The position numbers and the translations under genes were made by a program. Shown piece by piece: positions 16,645-31,820 of a DNA stretch of 64,000 nt (positions are counted from its first letter, which is position 1; every line of letters starts with the position of its first letter). The notes beneath the pieces were generated by a model, which worked only from the letters and a program-made list of their open reading frames with translations, ran no database searches and had not been told where the DNA came from. The stretch is from Eledone cirrhosa (lineage: Eukaryota). Where the stretch lies: positions 36,332,001 to 36,396,000 of the forward strand of contig OZ024740.1 of NCBI GenBank assembly GCA_964016885.1. Reading direction: 5' to 3'.

Positions 16645-17768
16645 GGAAGATGATTCTATTAGTAGAAATGGGGAAGGGAGTTGTGTGTGTGTGTATGGGT
16701 TTTATGTGTGTGTTTGGGGGTGGGGAGTATATTAAGATGGAGAGAATATATATATTTTGTGTGTGTGTATGTGTGTAGGAAAGTGATTCTATTAGTAGAA
16801 ATGGGGGAGGGAGTTGTGTGTGTGTGTGTGGGGGGGGGGGGTTATGTGTGTGTATGGGTGTTATGTGTGTGTGGGAGTATGGTTAACATGTTAAGATGAA
16901 GAGAATATATATGTTGTGTGTGTGTGTGTGTGTGTAGGAAAATGATTCCGTTAGTAGAAATATTTTTGAATGAACATATTTTCCATATTTATTCGTATTT
17001 GTTCTGTGGTATTGACAGCGCAAACGTATCTTAAGGTTTATTTAGTTCGGGTTTTTATTTTCTAAAGTAGGTGTTATGTGTGTGTGTATGTGTCAGTTTG
17101 GATGGTTAGCATGTTATGGTGTTGACATAATGTATATTAAACCATATTTAATGCTGGTCTATATTTTTGAATAAACATATTTTCCTTATTTATTCGTATT
17201 TGTTCTGTTGTATTGTCAGCGCAAAGGTAAACTGGGAAGACTTGGAATTTGGGTGTCTTATTACTTGCGCATATGTCTAGATGTGCACCTAGTGGTATCT
17301 GCCTCGTGGTTGGATCTCTTAATTGTTGGCGATGAACTGTCATTCTGTTTCTGAGTGTGAGTTTAGTTTGTCCTATATAATCTTCATTGCATCCTTTACA
17401 TTTAATGACATAAAGTAGATTTTTTGATGAGCAAGTGAAGTGATTTATTACAGCAAAATTTTGTCCTGATTGAAATGTATACGTGTTGCCTTCAATGAGG
17501 TCAGTGCAAGTTCCACAATTAGAGCGACCACATTTTTTGACAGTTGGTTGTGGTAGGTAATTTGGCATTGGTGAGTAATGTTTTCAGTGATTTCGGTTGT
17601 CTTTTGCTTTTGATTATTTTGTGTTTGAAGGGCTTTTTTCCTTTTTGGGTCTTGTTTCAATAGTGGGATGTTCTTGTGAATAGTGTTGTAAGCTTCCGCA
17701 TTTCTTGGGTTGTATGTTGAGATATATGATAGAATATTGGACGTACCTTGAATTTGTTTCTGTTTCCG

Positions 17769-17772
<4 letters not shown>
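15790..17772 (-). mobile_element. Penelope-like element 3' part: GIY-YIG endonuclease, tandemly expanded 3' UTR and pseudo-LTR
   Basis: ORF 17137-17568 contains CGRSNCGTC, FTCSSKNLLYVIKCKGCNEDYIGQT, RMTVH and ENMFIQKY. Decayed HHR CTGAAAA..GAAA ccgg TA at 15926-15960. Confidence 0.9.
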
Positions 17773-17818
<46 letters not shown>

Positions 17819-18478
17819 CATACATATGTGTGTCCGTGTGTGTTTAGTCATGCCATCATAAGTAACGTACTCTTCACCTTTTAGACCATTATTCGTAAAC
17901 ACGCTTACAACATAATCCTATATGTTATCAAACTAAAGAATACATAAATTATATAGTACGCAACGAGTTTCATTGTTGGATCAATGCATGTGTAGCAGCA
18001 TAATCCATCTGGAGCAGTGAAAAGGTTGATACCGTATGTAAAAGGTATGAAGTGTTTCTTTGGCTTCAGAAATGGAGACTTCTGTCTAAAGAATGAGCTA
18101 AGAGATTCAGCGATATTGTAAGCAATTATTGCAGCAAATCCTACCATTGTAAACCAGAGGTGGCAGCGGATATTTCTGTACACGCCATACGATTGAAGTA
18201 GGAACATTGAAAAGGATTGGAACATTTTTTTTTATTGTTTGAAAATGGGTTTCACTCACCTTGTCTTCAGATATTTGCCAACAACATGTCTATTACAATC
18301 AAGCAATCCCAACACGACAGCTCTGACTGCCATGTTTGACAGTTACTGGAAATAAGATATGGATATTATATAAACAAGGAGCACAATGGGAGGAAGTCAA
18401 GAACTTTTAGTTTTTTCAAATTCTTTGCATATCCTAATTTAAATTTATTGAGAAATAATTACTAAATAAGTGTGTGTT

Positions 18479-18540
<62 letters not shown>

Positions 18541-18561
18541 CGTGCGTGCGCGCGCGCGTGT

Positions 18562-18599
<38 letters not shown>

Positions 18600-18615
18600 G
18601 TGTGTGTGCGTGCGC

Positions 18616-18654
<39 letters not shown>

Positions 18655-18779
18655 ACTGAGAAGGATGAAACTATCTGAAGTGCATACTGTGTTTATAGTA
18701 TGGATAGTAAAACGTTTTTGGTTTATTATTACAATCATTCAGTCCTCAGTTATCTTCCCCTGCCCCTTTGCAATGAAAG

Positions 18780-20560
18780 GATGGTATAATTCTCTATAAA
18801 TACCCACAAAACATTATGAAGAGCTGGAAAGAATATTTCTCTGAGTATTTTTATAATATTTCTATTGTCAATTTTGATATCATAGAGGGTCTACCTCAGC
18901 GTGATATAATATTATCAATGGACAATCCACCGATTATTAAAGAAATCAGAATAGCAAACCTAACAGGTAAACACAGGCAAGGCACCGGGATTAATGGGAT
19001 TAGAATAGAGTTATTGAAAGCTGAAGGAGTCCACAAATCATCCGCTATTACCCATCCACTTCTCATGAAATGTTGGGAGGGGGCACCAATACTATAAGAC
19101 TGAGTTGATGAAATCTTGATCACCATTTACAAAGATAAAAGACAAAAATCCAATTGTAACAAATTCCGTGGGGTCGCATTACTTTTGGAAAGGTAGTATA
19201 TAGGCTGATGCTGAATTACCTTTCAGAAATATATATCTCTACTGATTTTTTCTGAAATTCATTCTGATACCAGAACAGGAAGGGGGACAGTGTATATGAA
19301 CTTCTCTGCTGAACAGCTGCCGGAAAAAGGCATAGACCAACACATGCTTTTGTATAAAGTTTTTATCGACTTGACTATGGCTATTGATACAGTCAACAGA
19401 GAAGCTATGTATCATTCTTAGTAACTTAGGCTATCCACAAAAATCTTTGCAGATCTTCAAACAACTACACCGAGACATAAAGGACAGGGTTGTATCTAAT
19501 GAAAACTTTTGGAACAAATTTCTATGGACAACGGTGTTAAGCAAAGGAACAATACTCCTCCAACACTATTTGCACTATACTTTGTTGTTATTCTTGCTTA
19601 TGCAAGTCTTTAATTTGAGGAGATTTTATAACAAATCAAGGACATTCAACACGTTAATTCGAGAACTTTTGTATGCTGACGATGCGGACTTTGTAGGCCA
19701 CGCAGGAGCAAACATGCAGTACATAATGAATAGATTTTCTGAAGCATATGCTCTTTTTAGGTTCACTATAATTTCAACTAAGACCAAAGGGATTACATTA
19801 CAACCCTCGGGGAACCTTATGTTGTGACAAATATGTATATGAATGGAACTAAATTGGCAGTAGTGGATACTTTTGTATTTCTTGGTAGTACCTTGTTAAG
19901 GGATGGGAGTTTTCATACAAAAACAAATCTTCGAGTGCTGAAGGCAAACGCTCCCCGTCGAAAATTAGTGAAAAGGGTGTGGTCAGGCAGTGGCATTAAG
20001 AATACAAATAACTGTATGAGGCATGTGTACTTGCAGTTTTGTTATACGGGAGTAAATCAAGCACCATTCACCAGCAGCATTTCAAGATACGCGAAAGACT
20101 CCATCAAAAGTGCCTTCGGCAGATCCTAGGTATTCGATGAGGAAATATGACACCTGGCACAGCAGTTTTACAAAGATCGAGGTGCTCTACAATCAGTTCC
20201 CTTTTCATTAAAAGTCAAATGCTTTGGGTAGGATATCTTGTTCGCATGAACGACGTACGGTTTCCAAAGGAAATCTTTTATGGTGAGCAAGGAAAAACCC
20301 TCAGCAAGTGCCTATGAAATTGTATGAAGATTGTATTAAGGAAAATGTAAAATGTCTGGATTTAGATATAAATCAATGGGAAAAGGAAGCTCTTGATTAT
20401 AATACACGGAGAAAGACAATTAAAGCAGGATGTCAATTATTGGATACAACGAAGAAAAAACAAACAAACAAACAAACTAACAAATGCAGAGCTAAACGGC
20501 CACTAAGAAATGGTGAAGTGGTGGGGTTTAAAAATGTTGATTATTGGAATTGCAACCGGT
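18780..20560 (+). mobile_element. Degraded RTE (BovB-like) LINE reverse transcriptase
   Basis: WKEYFSE, GINGIRIELLK, ELLYADDADFV and FVFLGSTL spread across several broken frames. Confidence 0.9.
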
Positions 20561-20902
20561 TTTGTAAACCATATGAAAACGTATGAACAGACAATAACAC
20601 AGACATACTATGCTACAAATCTCCCTGAAGCTCCAGATGTAACACTTGTCCAAGTTGTGATAAGATATGTAAGACAACGTCCGAGTTAAGACGCCATAAG
20701 AAGGTTCATGAACAGGAAATTCCATATCCTGATCCAATAAACCCAGTACATACCAATAAACACACTAGCATATATCTGTTACTTATAAATCAGTTACTGC
20801 ATTGAAATGTCACTTTCGTGCACATGGGAGGGTGTAAACTTGCTGGGGGAGTGATATGATGTGACGGCTATCATCTGACAAGATGAAGCAGTCATCATAT
20901 GT

Positions 20903-20939
<37 letters not shown>

Positions 20940-20941
<2 letters not shown>

Positions 20942-21471
20942 CACATGAGAAGAAAGAATACTGCGTGGTTGCACATGGGTTACATATGATAAAAATAGTC
21001 CTTCGTCAGTGATTTTCCAACCTTCATTGGTATTTCATCGCTTTAAAAATCATATACCTCCGGTTGGTGCGAGCAATAGCTAAGTAAAGCTATTGGGACA
21101 AGTAAATCGCGTAAAGCGGGCGAGACAAGTAAACAAACAAGAAGGATTGATAGCAACGCAAAGATAGGAAAAAACAAGCAGCATGGTTATCCGGTCAGTT
21201 TAAGCTGGGTGGATTTCATGAGCGAGCGGGATACAGACCATCCGACGTGAGTGAGATGTGAGCCAAACGGGAGGAAGTGAGAAGGGGAGAAACAGAGAGT
21301 GAGTGAGTGGAAGTGGCCAGTCGAGAGAAAGTGTAACTGACAGAGGGGGCGAAAGAAGGTGAGAGTAACAGAGAGAGCGGGGAATCAGTAAGAGAGAAAC
21401 AGACAAACGCAGCCGAGGTAAATATATATAAAAAACATGAGAAGAAAGAATAGTGCGTGGTTGCACATGGG

Positions 21472-21475
<4 letters not shown>
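20940..21475 (-). repeat. Dispersed family C (purine/pyrimidine-skewed body, rearranged HHR); other copies at 23750-24395(+), 30165-30790(-), 33205-34040(-) and 60740-60975(-)
   Basis: Shared block cttcatcagtga..tttcatcgcttta..catatacc..ggttggtgcga, with partial tandem (pseudo-LTR-like) duplications and microsatellite flanks. Confidence 0.85.
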
Positions 21476-21559
<84 letters not shown>

Positions 21560-22110
21560 TATATTATATTTTGAGAATAAACTCTCAGTCGTTTACAATA
21601 ATTAAGCTCCAGGAAAAGGGGCTTTTCCGAGCAGTTAAATACATTAAAATATATGATAAACACGAAACGTGTTTACATTACAACAGACAAAGTTAGCTAT
21701 TAATGAAATAAACTAATTAAAGTGAATACAAATTGTCTGTCTCGATATAAGTCAATAAAGACAAGCTTATATTGGCAACGGCCATGATTCCTGGACAGAT
21801 TTAAATTTCAAAATGCAAACCCGTTCCGTAGACGAATTTGAACCTCGAAACCTAAATCCGTTTCGCAACGGTGGAATGTGAATTGAAAAATAAAGAGAAT
21901 CGAAATGGAATAGAAATAAAAAGTGAAATACCCAAATCTTCTGTGCTTATCAACAGGAATCCAGTAAAATTAGTATATCTCACATCAAAAAATTTTGCAG
22001 GTCTGACTACACGTGTGTCGCCAGGCCAAACTAGCCGTCTCGCATTCACGGTGCTAGAAATAACAGCCGCTAATGCGGGATTCAAGATCAGCTCTACAGA
22101 AAAGGAGCAA
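21560..22110. repeat. Unclassified dispersed repeat; diverged copy at about 60985-61440
   Basis: Shared blocks atttaaatttcaaaat, gttccgtaga and gctagaaataacagccg. Confidence 0.7.
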
Positions 22111-22114
22111 TATA

Positions 22115-22562
<448 letters not shown>

Positions 22563-23609
22563 AAGTGCGTCTGTGTGTATGATGAAGTTATATTTGTATG
22601 TATACATAATAGAAGAAACCGAGATTGTGCGTATTTTCCTGTCAACTGAAACGCTTTTAACTGGGTTTTAATCCTAATTGGGCTTTTTTCAGTAAATACA
22701 CGGCAGATACTCTCTCCATTAAAATAACTAGCAGAAAAAAAATCCTTCGTGTGGTTTTCTGCTATCATGTGTAGTGTGGATATTGATATTATACGCAAGT
22801 ATATATGCATGTAGATATGATACATCAAATAAAATCGTAATTGACAATATACACAGAAAATGAAGGAAGACTGCGTTACACTGTCTTATGTAATCAGTAA
22901 CGTAATCCATGATACATTAAAAAAAGACGATATTTATATAAACTGCATTAGGAGAAAATTAGTGACGGGAATATATGAATGTTTATTTAAACGATCGTTA
23001 ACCGGAAGTGTTGACATTTGAACATTTTAAAGAAGTGAATCTTAAAATAAGGAACAAAATTATTTATATTTAACCAAGAATAACGAAATTTAGTAGATAA
23101 ATTAATTATGTAATATTCATTCATTATTTATTCAAAGTAATCCAACTTATTTTACAAACGGGATAAAAAAATATATTCTGGACGCAGTCCCGCACCCCTA
23201 ACCTTATTATAGTTTAGATATCTTGAAATGGACCGATTTGCATATAATTTGGCTTATGTTGGTAGTTAATTAATATAATCTTGCGAACAAATATCGTCCG
23301 CACCCTGTATATTAAACTGTGCGCTATTTATAAACATATGTACGCAGTTTCGGTTTCTTCTATTTTCTATCTATAAATATAACTTTATCATATACTTTCA
23401 TTGCTTAGTCGTTGTAATTTAGGGGATATTTGTTTGAGAATGGTTAAAGAAAATATGTAAGAAAGTTATTATAATTGATTTAAATGAAAATATAATGAAA
23501 TACGAAGATGCTAAGAATAATCAATGATTCAAACATCTTTACATAAAACGGTGTAAATAAGAAATTATTAGATATATTTTTGACGCGTATTATGCTAGTT
23601 AGTGTATGG

Positions 23610-23753
<144 letters not shown>

Positions 23754-24272
23754 TCCCCCTGTGTTGTTTACTTGTCTCACTCGCTTTACGCGTTTCTATT
23801 GTCCTAATAACTTATTTTAGTTATTATCGCACTGCAACCAGCAGTGTTCTTCTCACCCATATTTTCATATATTTACCCAAACTGCAATTCTGTGTTTCTC
23901 TCTTTCTCTCTTACTGCTACCTCGTTCTCTCTGTTTCTCTTACTTTCTTTCGTCCCCTCTGCCACGTCAGTTAACTCTTTCTCTCTACTGACCTCTTCCT
24001 CGCACTCCAACTCACCTGTTTCTCCCCTTCTTTCTTCCTCCCGTTCGCTGGGAAAACGGTTTTCATTCTTTCTAAAACCGGATTCACTAGCGAAAGGTCT
24101 GTTTTCTGACTCGCTCATATATTCACACAGCTTATGCTGAAAGAATAACTATGTTGCTTGTGTTTATTTCCATCTTCGGTTAGCTTCCCCCTGTGTTGTT
24201 TACTTGTCTCACTCGCTTTACGCGTTTCTATTGTCCTAATAACTTATTTTAGTTATTATCGCTCCCACGTGA

Positions 24273-24335
24273 GGTATATGATTTTTAATGCGATGAAATA
24301 CCCATGATCGTTTGGTAAATCACTGATGAGGGACT
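24273..24335 (+). ncRNA. Non-circularly permuted (pseudoknotted) hammerhead-like motif, family C
   Basis: ggta TA tgattt ... GAAA tacc ... aaatca CTGATGA. See findings for covariation across six copies. Confidence 0.72.
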
Positions 24336-24406
24336 CATTTTATAACATGTTATCCATGTGCAACCAGCAGTATTCTTCTCACCCATATTTTCATATATAT
24401 ATATAT

Positions 24407-25242
24407 ACTAGACCTGAAAATTGCGCAAGCTCAAAAGAGCCACAGAATGTTATAATAAACCTTCAAAAGTGTGGGACTAGAGTTGTTGCTCAAAAATATT
24501 GTAATCATTATCTATCGTACACTCTGTGGCATCCTTTTATAAAAAAGAGACTCATAACGAACTCAAGACGACACGATAATTATTTAAGTGAATTTATAAT
24601 ATAGAATTCGGTTTAAGTGCATTTCGTATTAATCATTACTAAACATCTAATATAAGATATTGAACATTAGCTTAAATAATTATCGTGTCGTTTTGAGTTC
24701 GTTATGAGTCTCTTTTTTTTTAATAAAAGGATGCCACAGAGTGTACGATAGATAATGATTACAATATTTTTGAGCAACAACTCTAGTCCCACACTTTTGA
24801 AGGTTTATTATAACATTCTGTGGCTCTTTTGAGCTTGCGCATTTTTCAGGTCTAGTTTAATATTTTTTAAGGCAACGTTTGCAATAACTCTAGTTAAACA
24901 TGATATATATTAATAATAAATTATCGTTGTAATGTAATTAGATTATATAATTTTTATTTTATAAATGATTTTATAAATATTATTGTAAGATGTATAAAAA
25001 TATTTTCAGACTTTTAATATATACAACTACAAAAAACAATCAATACTAAATAAATAATAAAATAATCTAACATAAAACGAACAATAATATGGACAAATAT
25101 ACAAGTAAATATGATACAACCAATATTATAAGCATGTTATAACGAACTGAAAAAAAAAATAGTTAATATAAATTTAAAAAATCATATATAAATTAACAAT
25201 ATAACTTACCAAAACGAGAAATATATTTTGACGATAAAACGG
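24407..25242. mobile_element. Fold-back element family F, truncated copy (longer copy at 59012-60134)
   Basis: Near-perfect arms of about 182 bp (24407-24588 and 24671-24856) plus an AT-rich tail, almost identical to 59012-59942. Confidence 0.85.
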
Positions 25243-25372
25243 TATTATAATGAAATAAAGTACTTTCATGCTTTCGCAATCTTCAGGTTCATAATGTGTG
25301 GTGACAGTCAAGTTTTCAATTTTCAACTGTTGAAAATTTGAAAATTGCAAACTTGACTGTCACCACACATTA

Positions 25373-25411
25373 TGAACCTGAAGATTGCGAAAGCATGAAA
25401 GTACTTGTTCA
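25373..25411 (+). ncRNA. 39-nt minimal type I hammerhead inside palindrome 25241-25458
   Basis: tgaac CTGAAGA t-tgc-gaaa-gca-t GAAA gtac TT gttca. Confidence 0.8.
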
Positions 25412-25521
25412 ATTAACACTTAACATTTAATATTCTATCACTATTTCATTATAATACCATTATAAATTTTAAAGGATTGTAAATAAAACGAGTAAATCAG
25501 ACAAAGTTGGAATTCCTCTTA

Positions 25522-25634
<113 letters not shown>

Positions 25635-26363
25635 GTATATATGTATATATATATGTATATATGTATATATATATATATGTATATATATATGTATATATAT
25701 ATGTATATATATATATGTATATATGTGAGTGTGTGCGCGTGCATGTGTGTATGCAAAAATGATAGATGTTTTTGCTCATTAGTCTGATGTACTTTGTTTG
25801 TTCGTGTGGGACTTTCCTATTTATTACTACTGTAACGCTACTCGCTCATTAATTAACTAACACTTTACTTACTAGCGTGACAATATTTTCTCTCTCTCTC
25901 TCCCACACACTCTCTATAAACTCTTTATTTACGAAAGTGTATTTATATTTGCCGCCTTACGGCGTTATCATTTGCGCTACGTGTCTGCATCGTATTCCAG
26001 CCTTGCCACTTCTATTGTTATTTGTTTATGTACTCGCTTTGCTGTCCTAACTGAAAGACACTCACTTGTTGTCCCCTCTCTTCTTGTCGTGTTACCGCAT
26101 ACGCATCGTTACGGCGGGGTGTTTTACGCCGCCGCACAAAAATGAGCTCCATATTAGGCAATACTTCCTTATGCACAAAACTACAATCAACAAAGAGTGG
26201 CTAATGAGGAAATTAGATGTTTTTGTTCATACGTTCTAAGTATTTCGTATATTTCGTATATTCTTTTTATGTGCAACTTTACTATACACACTCACACACA
26301 CACACACCCACACACACATATATATATATATATATAATATATATATCTATATCTATATCTATA

Positions 26364-26507
<144 letters not shown>

Positions 26508-27511
26508 GTTGACAAAAGACAAAGGTTAACAACTAAATTCCATTCTTTAGTTTCTACGCCCGTTTTATTACTGTTACAATAGTACATGCATATGCAAACA
26601 ATCGAAAATAATTAATTAGCAATTATTAACACTATACATAATATATATAACTACATTTCTTTAGAAAATGTGAGAAAGAACAAAGTTTACCAAATTCAAA
26701 GGGTAATAACAATAAACCCCCAAGCAATTAAATATAAAAAAGCATATTGTACATTGAGTTGTTACGTCGTGAAAAACTAAGGTTGAGGTAAAAAGCATTA
26801 CATCATTATTATCCATAACATTATTATTAATTTTAGTTATACAGTTAGAATATTATTTGTTGTTAGATTTGCAGAAGTGGAAATTATTTAAGAGGCAGCA
26901 GCAAGCAGTAGGCATTTCACATAAAAATCAATATGTATATATATATATCAAATGTATATATTGAGTTAGAAACTCAAAATTGTCTCTTACAATTAAGTAG
27001 TTCAAAGAAAGAGGTTTTTCTGAGCCGTGTAATATAATTGAATATACAAGAGAGATAAACACAAATATAAATATACATGCGTTCAAATCGTAAGGGACCA
27101 CGTTCGCTAGGGTGAAAAAATACTAACTATTAACAATATGGTTTGTCAGACTCAATTTAAAACAATAAATCAAGCTTTGGTGGCTGTTTCGCAATTTTAG
27201 TGAAGGAAATTATCAATTCTTTTCTCATCAGTAGGTGTAAAATTAGTAATCCCTTCACTTTTATATTCAATTATATATGTATATACATAAGAAGAATCCG
27301 TAACTTATTATTAAAACTAATATTAATCTGGTTCTAATATACAATCTATGTAGAGTATTGGATTGACCGCATTCATTTTACTCTATTTGTAACATGCATT
27401 TAAAATATATATTATATATATATGTATACACACATACAGACACACACACACATATATATACGTATATATATACACACATACACACATATATATATATATA
27501 CATATATATAC

Positions 27512-27628
<117 letters not shown>

Positions 27629-27934
27629 TATATGCATGTGTATGTGTCTGTATGTGTGTAGGTGTGCATACATATACCCATTAAAAGATCTATTTACATT
27701 TCTATTTCTTATTTTTGTATTTTCTATTTTACTCCGTATTTAATACATTTTCTTAATGCGGCCATATTAAATTACATTTGAGTCAATGCAGCCTTCAAAT
27801 GTAAAAATGTTGGATTAGAATACACAACAGAAACATAACACAAAGCTGACAATATTTGTTAGTAGAATTGGATCTCCGTAGAATCCAACGATCAGTTTTC
27901 CAAATATTTAGATTAATTGAGCACGCTGATCGAG

Positions 27935-28178
27935 AAAGTGGCTGAACGTTCTACAAACTCGTGTATGCTTCATGTACTTCTCGGGGTAATTCTGTGTTAT
28001 ACAGTGTGTAAAATGGTTGGCTCTTTGAATTACAAATATAGTTCATTATTGCCAGCCGAGTGAACTAGAGCAACATGAAAAAAAGTGTCTTGTTCAAAGA
28101 CAGAACGTGCTGCCGGCAATCGAATACATGAGCTTATGATCGTGAACTGAACACCCTAACCACAAAGCCACACACCTT
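27935..28178 (-). mobile_element. tRNA-derived SINE, degraded
   Basis: Minus strand has an A-box-like tggctttgtggttagg, a B-box-like attcgattgcc, and a body caagacact..gttgctctagttcactcggctgg related to 4330-4609. Confidence 0.7.
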
Positions 28179-28586
28179 CAAACCCAATGTTATAAGATTA
28201 TAACATTAACAAATATCCCCAAATGTACCAAATAGCTCAAATTAAACTGTAGACTGTAGTCGTGTATTCCACTACTTTTAACATAGTCTGGCAATCAAAA
28301 GCATTGAAAGTGAAAGTATACCGAAAGGACATATCAAACCTTGGACAAAGATACCTTCATTACAGCCGTTTAAATAGATCTTCAAGAAATACATTAGAAC
28401 GTCTGATGCTTGATTACGAATACTGAAGAGTTTGTGAGCACAGCTGCAACAAAATACAAAACAAATCTGAGATGACTTAAAACATACGTGTAAATTAAAC
28501 CATAATGTTTTATGATGTTGCGTCTTTGCAAAAAACTGAATCTATTGACTGGCACAACAGACCTGGTAATTAAAACTGGAAATAAT

Positions 28587-28679
28587 TGTTTCTACTTGTT
28601 TGGCACAAGGCCAGCAATCACCAGTACATTACTGGTACTTTATTTTATTGACCCCGTAAGGATGAAAGGCAAAGTTAAC
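28587..28679 (-). mobile_element. 5'-truncated SINE (Nin-domain-like) with 13-bp TSD
   Basis: Matches the 3' half of 32411-32603. TSD aactggaaataat at 28574-28586 and 28680-28692. Confidence 0.85.
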
Positions 28680-29007
28680 AACTGGAAATAATGCTAACAT
28701 AACAACTTTGGCACAGAAAATAGATGCTAGTGGCAAACACCACAGACAGTTTGCGTTAATAAATAACGCTACAAATATTTGTCGAACATCAACATTTACT
28801 TAAAAACATAATGTAAAACCACCCAGGTATTATGGAAACATTCAAGACTATGACACCTCCACCCCACCAGAAAAATCGGCTGTTAATGGATGTTTCGGGT
28901 TCAGAATATAAAGTCAGAACTGAGAAATATCTATAATGTAAGGCTGAACCCTCTTCCACAGATAATCTGTGTATGCATTAGCTCTATTAAAGGTATCATC
29001 TTGTTAA

Positions 29008-29187
29008 TAATTGTTTCTACTTTAGGCACAAGGCCAGCAATTACCCAGTGCATTACTGGTACTTTATTTTATCGACCCCGTAAGGATGAAAGGCAAAGTC
29101 AACCTCGGCGGGATTTGAACTCAGATCGTAGAGGGACGTAACTATGCTGGAAAGCATGGCGTCCGACCCTCTACCGATACTGCCAAA
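29008..29187 (-). mobile_element. SINE (Nin-domain-like), near full length; further fragments at 31100-31400
   Basis: Reverse-complement homolog of 32411-32603. Confidence 0.85.
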
Positions 29188-29572
29188 TACAACTTTATTC
29201 TAGTTAAATCCATAGTAGCTTTATTTCAAAGTCTGTCAAAGCTGCACCAATTATCTATAGAAACCATATTCACATTGAAATGTAGAAGTGTGAAAGCTAT
29301 TTTTACTTTTCATCAGCTTAACTAAGATATACCGTTGCCTTGCCAGCCAGTGATGCTGAAGACAAAATTACAATATAACAAATATGTAAGGATAATTTAT
29401 GTACACACACACATAAATATATATACAGTCTTATATATATATATACATACATATATATTAGTAAAGTATATATATATATCACTTTAACCTTTTCCAAAAT
29501 AAGCTCTATGATTTGAATAATGGATTATGGATTAATATGTTTTGCCTTAATGGATAAGACATTGCAAGAAAA

Positions 29573-29619
<47 letters not shown>

Positions 29620-29620
<1 letters not shown>

Positions 29621-29822
29621 AGTATTTATACGTACATACATATATGTGTACAGACGCACAGTAGTATGTATATATATATATACATACATGCACACATATA
29701 TATATATGCACGTATGGGTTTACAGAACATTTATTATAATGTTCGGTGTGTTTGCATGTATGTTTATATATACATACTACTGTGCGTCTGTACACATATA
29801 TGTATGTACGTATAAATACTTA
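29620..29822. repeat. Inverted repeat with arms of about 58 bp; related sequence at about 9060-9275
   Basis: aagtatttatacgtacatac..gtacagacgcacagtagtatg and its reverse complement. Confidence 0.75.
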
Positions 29823-30085
29823 TATTTTGGTATCAGCCGTGCTAAGAGTGAGAAATGAAAATTCGTTTATTCTTTTCCATATATATATATATATAACGAA
29901 GGAAATGTGGTAAGGAGCCAGGTGGACCATAACGCACCAAAGTACTCAATACCTAGAGTAGTAGAGTGGGTAATAGGAACAAGTATGATCCCAACGGCAG
30001 AGCTCAAGCCGTGGCGACGGCTAATTCTAGTCCAGAATTAGCCGTCGAAACGGCTTGAGCTCTGCCGTCGGGGTCATACTTGTTC

Positions 30086-30168
<83 letters not shown>

Positions 30169-31746
30169 AAAAAGTGAGTCCTTCATCAGTGACCCTCCAA
30201 CCGTCCCGGGCATTTCATCGCTTTAAGGGCCATATACCTCAGGTTGGTGCGAACAACGGCTAAAAAAAGTCGTTGGGACACGTAAATAAAGAGAACGTTA
30301 GGGTGAACAAACAAAATGGTTTAAGCAACAGAAAGTGAGAGGAAAGAGACAAGTCCCAGATTTCTATGAATATAAACTCGATAAAATCGTGAACTAGAGA
30401 ATAAAGACCATCAGACCTGGTTGAAATGTGAGCAAGGAAGGAATTTCGCACAGGTCTAACGGGAGGAAGAAGAAGGGGTCTGGTCTGCGAATTCGGTAAA
30501 CATAAGTTCTGTGAAGACGCAGACGAGAGAGAGAGAGAAAAAAAAAATTCATACCGGCTTGGCCAAGAGTGCGCGAGAAAAGAAATCGGACAGGTCAAGC
30601 GGGAAGAAAGAGGAGTGGAGGAGAGGTAGTGACAGGGTATGAGTGAGTGAAAGTTGAGGAAGAGGCTAACAGAGAGAGAGACTGCTAGAAAGGGTAAAGA
30701 TACAAAGAGAGAAACAGACGGGTGGCAGCAGAGGAAAAAATATGTGTAAATATGATAATAATGGAGCTGCGGCGTTGCAAATGGGTTATATATATATATC
30801 GGCTCAATAAGATGACTATCTCACAGATGCGCTGTTTCCTCTACCTTCCTGTGTTAACGCTGCCATGATAACTACTGTTTTTCTAAACTATAAAGTGACG
30901 TGCCCACCCTAACCACCACCCATTTATTTTCCCTCGTGTTTTCTATTGTGTCTCATCAACACTATTTCTACATGAAAATATTCAACGAATCCTTATTCTC
31001 AAAACCGCATCTCTTCTCCTTTTTCCCAAAGGGCCTCACTGAAAGATATCCAAACTATGTATGAGGCCCCTAAACCTCACGAGTGAAACTAACTAATAAA
31101 GATGAAAGGCAAAGCTAAATTCGGTGGATAATATATCTGTTTCTACTTTTAGCACAAGGCCAGCAATTTAAAGAGAATGGGTACGTTGATTAAATTGACC
31201 CATTGCGTTAATAGTACTATATTTTACTGATCCCTTAACTATGAAAGGCAAAGCTAAACTCGACTGGTGATATATTTATTTCTAGTTTTGCCAGCAATTT
31301 GAAGGGAATGAGAAAGTCGATTAAATTGACCATTACGTTACTGGTACTTTATTTTATCGACTCAGTAACTCTGAAAGGCGACTACGTAACATCGGCGGGT
31401 AATATGTTGCTAGAAAATAAGTTGCTGTGGAATTGTTATAAGGTTTTGTCGGAAGAAACTTTCTGTATTACACATAGACATTTTAGCGGCTATCTTCTGA
31501 GATGTATGTAAACATGATGCTATGTAAATGTCAGAACATTGTTGTCTCTTCATGCAAACAAATTATTTAGTACTCGTCACTAAATTCGTTAATATTTTCA
31601 CATCTCAAAGTTTACATTTATACAAATTTCACCAGTGTAATATTCAAATCTTATCTGTTAATTCATAATTTATTTATACTCCAATATGAGTTTGTTGCTA
31701 TGTAACACATTGCTCGAAGTAACCTGTCACTATACAGTTATGGTAT

Positions 31747-31820
<74 letters not shown>

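Noticed and set aside
17850-18400. 106-aa hydrophobic ORF 17905-18225(-) as a possible host exon
   Set aside because: No recognisable family or convincing splice sites, and alternative frames are equally plausible.
22990-23020. ETS-like ccggaagtg as a promoter
   Set aside because: A single short motif with no associated gene, expected by chance.
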